DNA of 64,000 nucleotides from Escherichia coli (GTDB lineage Bacteria; Pseudomonadota; Gammaproteobacteria; Enterobacterales; Enterobacteriaceae): NCBI RefSeq assembly GCF_001677475.2, contig NZ_CP015229.1; one strand, 5' to 3'. Shown piece by piece: positions 57,279 to 64,000 of this stretch (position 1 is its first letter; each line of letters starts with the position of its first letter). The notes under the pieces were generated by a model. It saw only the letters and a program-made list of their open reading frames with translations, ran no database searches and was not told where the DNA came from. The position numbers and the translations under genes were made by a program.

Positions 57279-58079
57279 CTAATCTACCTGTGAAAGCGCA
57301 TTACAGAGCTGTTGTGCAGCGAGGATAATACGTGGGCTTGCACGTTCAAACCAGTCACTCGTGAGAGGAATAACGGGAATTTTGAGCTGTTCACCCCAGT
57401 ATTGTTTGATTTTAGGAATTTGGTCCGGTCCGCCTGTAATGACAATCGCCTGTGGCGAGCGTGCTAACACCTGTTCGCGGCTAACTTGCGGCCAGGGAAC
57501 CCGGCTGTCTTTAAAGATGTTTTCTCCGCCACAAACTTCGAGTACCTGGTTCTGAATCGACTCTTTTCCACTGGTAAATGGCGGATTAATGCCGAATTGC
57601 AGAAAAACACGTTTTTTAGGTTTATCAGCATATTGCGCTTTCAATTGCGCGTACTGATCCAGCAGGGATTGCGCGGCTTGTTCGGCCTTATCCGGTTGCG
57701 GACTCCAGGGGACCAGTTGACGTAACGCATTGGCAATTTGTTCAATGCTTGTCGCATCGACCCACATCACTTTTATTCCCAGAGAAGCCAGCTGGTCAAC
57801 CTGCCGCTCGGCATTACCTCCACGCCAGGCAATCACCAGATCGGGTTTCAGCGCCACAATGCGTTCCAGATTCATCCCCTGCCAGGTGGAAACCTGCTCA
57901 ATCTTTTGCGCTTGTGGAGGATAGTCGGAATAGCTGCTGACCCCAACCGGCGTGATCCCGGCGGCAAAGGCAAGTTCAGTGTTGGCGGGAGAAAGCGTGA
58001 TGACGCGCGGCGCGGCGTTGAGCCACAGCGGCGCGAGAAAAGACAGGGCGACCAGCGCCCTGAACAGTGACTTAGCCAT
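57279..58079 (-). CDS. btuF: Vitamin B12 periplasmic binding protein
   Basis: [41 protein letters not shown]..; start codon overlaps the 3' end of mtnN by 8 nt. Confidence 0.9.
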   Translation of the reverse strand: MAKSLFRALVALSFLAPLWLNAAPRVITLSPANTELAFAAGITPVGVSSYSDYPPQAQKIEQVSTWQGMNLERIVALKPDLVIAWRGGNAERQVDQLASLGIKVMWVDATSIEQIANALRQLVPWSPQPDKAEQAAQSLLDQYAQLKAQYADKPKKRVFLQFGINPPFTSGKESIQNQVLEVCGGENIFKDSRVPWPQVSREQVLARSPQAIVITGGPDQIPKIKQYWGEQLKIPVIPLTSDWFERASPRIILAAQQLCNALSQVD

Positions 58080-58770
58080 GTGCCAGTTTCTGCACCAGTG
58101 ACTCAACCATCAGGCTGGACTGTTTAGCGGCAACAGCCAGGAACTCATCGAAGCTAAGATGAGACTGTTGATCGGCCACGTCGGAGATGGCGCGTACTAC
58201 GACAAACGGGACGTTGAAATTGTGGCAGACATGGGCGATTGCCGTCGCTTCCATCTCTACAGCAATGGCCTGTGGGAAGTTGTGGCGGATTTTCGCCAGA
58301 CCAACAGAACCGTTGATGAAAGCGTCGCCGCTAACAATCAGGCCACGTACAGCGTTAAGATTCAGTTCGGCAATGCAGGCCTCAGCGGCAGCGATCAGTT
58401 TATCGTCAGCTTTGAAGCCTGCCGGGCAGCCTGGTAACTGACCGTATTCATAACCAAATGCCGTGACATCCGCGTCGTGATAACGCGCTTCGTCCGAGAC
58501 AACGATATCGCCCACTTTCAGCGTTGGTGCCAGGCCACCGGCAGAACCGGTGTTAATAATCACATCTGGCTTGCAGTGTTCCAACAGCAGAGTGGCACCC
58601 AGCGCCGCGGCGACTTTACCGATGCCCGATTTCAGAAGCGCAACCTCGGTTCCATTCAGTTGGCCGGTATAGATTTCGCAACCGCCCAGACTGATAGTTT
58701 GACGGTTTTCGATTTTGTCACGCAGCAGCGTAACTTCTTCTTCCATTGCACCAATGATGCCGATTTTCAT
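58072..58770 (-). CDS. mtnN: 5'-methylthioadenosine/S-adenosylhomocysteine nucleosidase
   Basis: 232-aa [59 protein letters not shown].. Confidence 0.95.
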   Translation of the reverse strand: MKIGIIGAMEEEVTLLRDKIENRQTISLGGCEIYTGQLNGTEVALLKSGIGKVAAALGATLLLEHCKPDVIINTGSAGGLAPTLKVGDIVVSDEARYHDADVTAFGYEYGQLPGCPAGFKADDKLIAAAEACIAELNLNAVRGLIVSGDAFINGSVGLAKIRHNFPQAIAVEMEATAIAHVCHNFNVPFVVVRAISDVADQQSHLSFDEFLAVAAKQSSLMVESLVQKLAHG

Positions 58771-58853
58771 AGATTTACTCGCGATAAGCCCGATTTGAAG
58801 GCATAGTTTACCATGCGCTTACGGGGAAGCGTATTTCTCACGCGGGAGAGGAC

Positions 58854-60371
58854 ATGGCACAGATTGATTTCCGAAAAAAAATAAACTGGCATCGTCGTTA
58901 CCGTTCACCGCAGGGCGTTAAAACCGAACATGAGATCCTGCGGATCTTCGAGAGCGATCGCGGGCGTATCATCAACTCTCCGGCAATTCGTCGTCTGCAA
59001 CAAAAGACCCAGGTTTTTCCACTGGAGCGCAATGCCGCCGTGCGCACGCGTCTTACCCACTCGATGGAAGTCCAGCAGGTGGGGCGCTACATCGCCAAAG
59101 AAATTTTAAGCCGTCTGAAAGAGCTTAAATTGCTGGAAGCATACGGCCTGGATGAACTGACCGGACCTTTTGAAAGCATTGTTGAGATGTCATGCCTGAT
59201 GCACGATATCGGCAATCCGCCGTTTGGTCATTTTGGCGAAGCAGCGATAAATGACTGGTTTCGCCAACGTTTGCATCCGGAAGATGCCGAAAGCCAGCCT
59301 CTGACTGACGATCGCTGCAGCGTGGCGGCACTACGTTTACGGGACGGGGAAGAACCGCTTAACGAGCTGCGGCGCAAGATTCGTCAGGACTTATGTCATT
59401 TTGAAGGTAACGCACAGGGTATTCGTTTGGTGCATACATTGATGCGGATGAATCTCACCTGGGCACAGGTTGGCGGTATTTTAAAATATACCCGTCCGGC
59501 GTGGTGGCGTGGCGAAACGCCTGAGACACATCACTATTTAATGAAAAAGCCGGGTTATTATCTTTCTGAAGAAGCCTATATTGCCCGGTTGCGTAAAGAA
59601 CTTAATTTGGCGCTTTACAGTCGTTTTCCATTAACGTGGATTATGGAAGCTGCCGACGACATCTCCTATTGTGTGGCAGACCTTGAAGATGCGGTAGAGA
59701 AAAGAATATTTACCGTTGAGCAGCTTTATCATCATTTGCACGAAGCGTGGGGCCAGCATGAGAAAGGTTCGCTCTTTTCGCTGGTGGTTGAAAATGCCTG
59801 GGAAAAATCACGCTCAAATAGTTTAAGCCGCAGTACGGAAGATCAGTTTTTTATGTATTTACGAGTAAATACCCTAAATAAACTGGTACCCTACGCGGCA
59901 CAACGATTTATTGATAATCTGCCTGCGATTTTCGCCGGAACGTTTAATCATGCATTATTGGAAGATGCCAGCGAATGCAGCGATCTTCTTAAGCTATATA
60001 AAAATGTCGCTGTAAAACATGTGTTTAGCCATCCAGATGTCGAGCAGCTTGAATTGCAGGGCTATCGGGTCATTAGCGGATTATTAGAGATTTATCGTCC
60101 TTTATTAAGCCTGTCGTTATCAGACTTTACTGAACTGGTAGAAAAAGAACGGGTGAAACGTTTCCCTATTGAATCGCGCTTATTTCACAAACTCTCGACG
60201 CGCCATCGGCTGGCCTATGTCGAGGCTGTCAGTAAATTACCGTCAGATTCTCCTGAGTTTCCGCTATGGGAATATTATTACCGTTGCCGCCTGCTGCAGG
60301 ATTATATCAGCGGTATGACTGACCTCTATGCGTGGGATGAATACCGACGTCTGATGGCCGTAGAACAATAA
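58854..60371 (+). CDS. dgt: dGTP triphosphohydrolase
   Basis: 505-aa [39 protein letters not shown].. (HD domain). Confidence 0.93.
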
Positions 60372-60427
60372 CCAGGCTTTTGTAAAGACGAACAATAAAT
60401 TTTTACCTTTTGCAGAAACTTTAGTTC

Positions 60428-60455
60428 GGAACTTCGCGCTATAAAACGAATCTGA
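60428..60455 (+). promoter_or_regulatory. Sigma-E (RpoE)-type degP promoter
   Basis: GGAACTT (60428-60434), 16-nt spacer, TCTGA (60451-60455), about 45 nt upstream of the degP ATG; matches the sigma-E consensus. Possible CpxR-like GTAAA motifs lie upstream (about 60382). Confidence 0.6.
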
Positions 60456-60500
60456 AGAACACAGCAATTTTGCGTTATCTGTTAATCGAGACTGAAATAC

Positions 60501-61925
60501 ATGAAAAAAACCACATTAGCACTGAGTGCACTGGCTCTGAGTTTAGGTTTGGCGTTATCTCCGCTCTCTGCAACGGCGGCTGAGACTTCTTCAGCAACGA
60601 CAGCCCAGCAGATGCCAAGCCTTGCACCGATGCTCGAAAAGGTGATGCCTTCAGTGGTCAGCATTAACGTAGAAGGTAGCACAACCGTTAATACGCCGCG
60701 TATGCCGCGTAATTTCCAGCAGTTCTTCGGTGATGATTCTCCGTTCTGCCAGGAAGGTTCTCCGTTCCAGAGCTCTCCGTTCTGCCAGGGGGGCCAGGGC
60801 GGTAATGGTGGCGGCCAGCAACAGAAATTCATGGCGCTGGGTTCCGGCGTCATCATTGATGCCGATAAAGGCTATGTCGTCACCAACAACCACGTTGTTG
60901 ATAACGCGACGGTGATTAAAGTCCAGCTGAGCGATGGTCGTAAGTTCGACGCGAAGATGGTTGGCAAAGATCCGCGCTCTGATATCGCGCTGATCCAGAT
61001 CCAGAACCCGAAAAATCTGACCGCAATTAAGATGGCGGATTCTGATGCACTGCGCGTGGGTGATTACACCGTAGCGATTGGTAACCCGTTTGGTCTGGGC
61101 GAGACGGTAACTTCCGGGATTGTCTCTGCGCTGGGGCGTAGCGGCCTGAATGCCGAAAACTACGAAAACTTCATCCAGACCGATGCAGCGATCAACCGTG
61201 GTAACTCCGGTGGTGCGCTGGTTAACCTGAACGGCGAACTGATCGGTATCAACACCGCGATCCTGGCACCGGACGGCGGTAACATCGGTATCGGTTTTGC
61301 TATCCCGAGTAACATGGTGAAAAACCTGACCTCGCAGATGGTGGAATACGGCCAGGTGAAACGCGGTGAGCTGGGTATTATGGGGACTGAGCTGAACTCC
61401 GAACTGGCGAAAGCGATGAAAGTTGACGCCCAGCGCGGTGCTTTCGTAAGTCAGGTTCTGCCTAATTCCTCCGCTGCAAAAGCGGGCATTAAAGCGGGAG
61501 ATGTGATCACCTCACTGAACGGTAAGCCAATCAGCAGCTTTGCCGCACTGCGTGCTCAGGTGGGTACTATGCCGGTGGGCAGCAAACTGACCCTGGGCTT
61601 GCTGCGCGACGGTAAGCAGGTCAACGTGAATCTGGAACTGCAGCAGAGCAGCCAGAATCAGGTTGATTCCAGCTCCATCTTCAACGGCATTGAAGGCGCT
61701 GAGATGAGCAACAAAGGCAAAGATCAGGGCGTGGTAGTGAACAACGTGAAAACGGGCACTCCGGCTGCGCAGATCGGCCTGAAGAAAGGTGATGTGATTA
61801 TTGGCGCGAACCAGCAGGCAGTGAAAAACATCGCTGAACTGCGTAAAGTTCTCGACAGCAAACCGTCTGTGCTGGCACTGAATATTCAGCGCGGCGACAG
61901 CACCATCTACCTGTTAATGCAGTAA
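60501..61925 (+). CDS. degP: Periplasmic serine endoprotease/chaperone DegP (HtrA)
   Basis: 474-aa ORF with signal peptide, trypsin-like domain (..GNSGGAL..) and two PDZ domains. Confidence 0.95.
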   Translation: MKKTTLALSALALSLGLALSPLSATAAETSSATTAQQMPSLAPMLEKVMPSVVSINVEGSTTVNTPRMPRNFQQFFGDDSPFCQEGSPFQSSPFCQGGQGGNGGGQQQKFMALGSGVIIDADKGYVVTNNHVVDNATVIKVQLSDGRKFDAKMVGKDPRSDIALIQIQNPKNLTAIKMADSDALRVGDYTVAIGNPFGLGETVTSGIVSALGRSGLNAENYENFIQTDAAINRGNSGGALVNLNGELIGINTAILAPDGGNIGIGFAIPSNMVKNLTSQMVEYGQVKRGELGIMGTELNSELAKAMKVDAQRGAFVSQVLPNSSAAKAGIKAGDVITSLNGKPISSFAALRAQVGTMPVGSKLTLGLLRDGKQVNVNLELQQSSQNQVDSSSIFNGIEGAEMSNKGKDQGVVVNNVKTGTPAAQIGLKKGDVIIGANQQAVKNIAELRKVLDSKPSVLALNIQRGDSTIYLLMQ

Positions 61926-61929
61926 TCTC

Positions 61930-61965
61930 CCTCAACCCCTTCCTGAATACGGGAAGGGGTTCTAC
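61930..61965 (+). terminator. Hairpin after degP
   Basis: Inverted repeat cccttcc-tgaatacg-ggaagggg immediately after the stop. Confidence 0.5.
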
Positions 61966-62079
61966 TTACAATCTGTGAACTTCGCCACAACTCCATACAT
62001 CTTCATCATCCTTTGGGCATTTGCACAATGCCGTACGTTACGTACTTCCTTATGCTAAGCCGTGCATAACGGAGGACTT

Positions 62080-63237
62080 ATGGCTGGCTGGCATCTTGAT
62101 ACCAAAATGGCGCAGGATATCGTGGCACGTACCATGCGCATCATCGATACCAATATCAACGTAATGGATGCCCGTGGGCGAATTATCGGCAGCGGCGATC
62201 GTGAGCGTATTGGTGAATTGCACGAAGGTGCATTGCTGGTACTTTCACAGGGACGAGTCGTCGATATCGATGACGCGGTGGCTCGTCATCTGCACGGTGT
62301 GCGGCAGGGGATTAATCTGCCGTTACGGCTGGAAGGTGAAATTGTCGGCGTAATTGGCCTGACTGGTGAACCAGAGAACCTGCGTAAATATGGCGAACTG
62401 GTCTGCATGACGGCTGAAATGATGTTGGAACAGTCGCGGTTGATGCACCTGTTGGCGCAGGATAGCCGTTTGCGGGAAGAACTGGTGATGAACCTGATTC
62501 AGGCTGAGGAGAATACTCCCGCACTTACTGAATGGGCGCAACGGCTGGGGATCGATCTCAATCAACCGCGAGTGGTGGCTATTGTTGAGGTCGACAGCGG
62601 TCAGCTTGGTGTGGACAGCGCAATGGCGGAGTTACAACAACTGCAAAACGCGCTGACTACGCCCGAGCGTAATAATCTGGTGGCGATTGTCTCGCTGACC
62701 GAAATGGTGGTGTTGAAACCGGCGTTGAACTCTTTTGGGCGCTGGGATGCAGAAGATCATCGTAAGCGAGTTGAACAACTGATTACCCGCATGAAAGAGT
62801 ACGGCCAGCTGCGTTTTCGCGTTTCGCTGGGCAACTATTTTACCGGTCCTGGCAGTATTGCCCGATCCTATCGTACGGCGAAAACGACGATGGTGGTGGG
62901 TAAACAGCGGATGCCAGAAAGTCGCTGCTATTTTTATCAGGATCTGATGTTACCTGTGTTACTCGACAGTTTGCGTGGCGACTGGCAGGCCAACGAACTG
63001 GCGCGACCGCTGGCGCGGCTGAAAGCGATGGACAATAACGGCTTGCTGCGACGAACGCTGGCGGCGTGGTTTCGCCACAATGTGCAGCCGCTGGCAACGT
63101 CAAAGGCGCTGTTTATTCATCGTAATACCCTGGAGTATCGGCTTAATCGCATATCGGAACTGACCGGGCTGGATTTGGGCAATTTTGATGACAGGTTGCT
63201 GCTGTATGTCGCGTTGCAACTGGATGAAGAGCGGTAG
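62080..63237 (+). CDS. cdaR: Carbohydrate diacid regulator CdaR (SdaR)
   Basis: MAGWHLDTKMAQDIVARTMRIIDTNINVMDARGRIIGSGD.. with C-terminal helix-turn-helix; GGAGG Shine-Dalgarno precedes the ATG at 62080. Confidence 0.9.
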   Translation: MAGWHLDTKMAQDIVARTMRIIDTNINVMDARGRIIGSGDRERIGELHEGALLVLSQGRVVDIDDAVARHLHGVRQGINLPLRLEGEIVGVIGLTGEPENLRKYGELVCMTAEMMLEQSRLMHLLAQDSRLREELVMNLIQAEENTPALTEWAQRLGIDLNQPRVVAIVEVDSGQLGVDSAMAELQQLQNALTTPERNNLVAIVSLTEMVVLKPALNSFGRWDAEDHRKRVEQLITRMKEYGQLRFRVSLGNYFTGPGSIARSYRTAKTTMVVGKQRMPESRCYFYQDLMLPVLLDSLRGDWQANELARPLARLKAMDNNGLLRRTLAAWFRHNVQPLATSKALFIHRNTLEYRLNRISELTGLDLGNFDDRLLLYVALQLDEER

Positions 63238-63290
63238 GTCGATTACAAAATTACAGCCGGGTGAGACTTTACCCGGCCCACAGAATGGCA

Positions 63291-63677
63291 TTATTTACGC
63301 GTCAGTTTTTCCAGATCGGCTTCAATCTCGCTGATCTTATTGGTTACGACTGACTCCAGGTGACGTAAGTCGTCGAGGATCTTACGCTTAAGATCAACTT
63401 CGCTGCGGTCACGCTGGCAGATTTGATCAAGCTCATCAATGATATACCGTAGATTCGGGCTGATTTCCTGGACTTCTTTATAACCCTGACCCACACCATC
63501 AGCGACGACCGTTTTACGCTGACGCGGATATTTAAACTTCACGCTCTTGGCGAAAAACTCGCCTTTGTCTTTCTGGAAATAGATTTTCAGAATATCGTTG
63601 TTGGCTTCCTGCCGGAGGCTGTAACGATCAATTTCTTCAGGATTGGTAATACCCAGACTTTTCAGATTGTCGTACAT
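63291..63677 (-). CDS. yaeH: UPF0325 family protein
   Basis: 128-aa [58 protein letters not shown].. Confidence 0.88.
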   Translation of the reverse strand: MYDNLKSLGITNPEEIDRYSLRQEANNDILKIYFQKDKGEFFAKSVKFKYPRQRKTVVADGVGQGYKEVQEISPNLRYIIDELDQICQRDRSEVDLKRKILDDLRHLESVVTNKISEIEADLEKLTRK

Positions 63678-64000
63678 AGCGTTACCTCAAAATGAGTCAG
63701 TAAATTGTGCTTATTTTAGCATTTGGCCTGGCCCGCCCGGCTCGACTGTGATTGCAGAAAGCCTTTTTCTTCCAGACTTCTATCATGGCGTAAAAATCAA
63801 AAAATTACCTGCTTTATTGTGGCGATATTCCATGGGATGGATTAGCACATTTATCTTCGTTTTGCGAATTACATGACAGTCCGAAACAAGATGAAAAAGT
63901 ATTTAAAAAAGGGGGAGGAAGAATGAGTAGAACGAATTATTCTGAACCAGAAAGCAATCGGGCAGCGTCGTGCTGCCCGTGTGCATACTTTTAGTCGATG

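Overview
This window is an Escherichia coli-type chromosomal core segment, read entirely from ORF translations and motifs I recognise (no database search was possible). Gene order is pdhR-aceE-aceF-lpd-yacH-acnB-yacL-speD-speE-yacC-cueO-gcd-hpt-can-yadG-yadH-yadI-yadE-panD-rpnC(yadD)-panC-panB, then the yad chaperone-usher fimbrial operon (yadC-yadK-yadL-yadM-htrE-yadV-yadN), then folK-pcnB-gluQ-dksA-sfsA-thpR-hrpB-mrcB-fhuA-fhuC-fhuD-fhuB-hemL-clcA-erpA-yadS-btuF-mtnN-dgt-degP-cdaR-yaeH. The only clearly accessory material is the AT-rich first ~1.2 kb, which is the best candidate for the system being hunted. It holds the 3' end of an HNH (colicin E9/E7-like) DNase toxin domain cut by the window edge, a tightly coupled Im-family immunity gene, a decayed second copy of the DNase domain, and a second intact but divergent immunity gene, each module followed by a homologous hairpin. 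This looks like a polymorphic toxin/immunity array of the kind found at CDI, Rhs or bacteriocin loci, but the delivery system lies outside the window. A second point of interest is rpnC (yadD), whose C-terminal domain is partly duplicated as a free-standing 56-codon ORF just downstream. No rRNA, tRNA, CRISPR array, integrase or transposase was found. Several start codons were moved from the six-frame ORF track to the sites matching the known protein N-termini (the track translates GTG/TTG starts as M).
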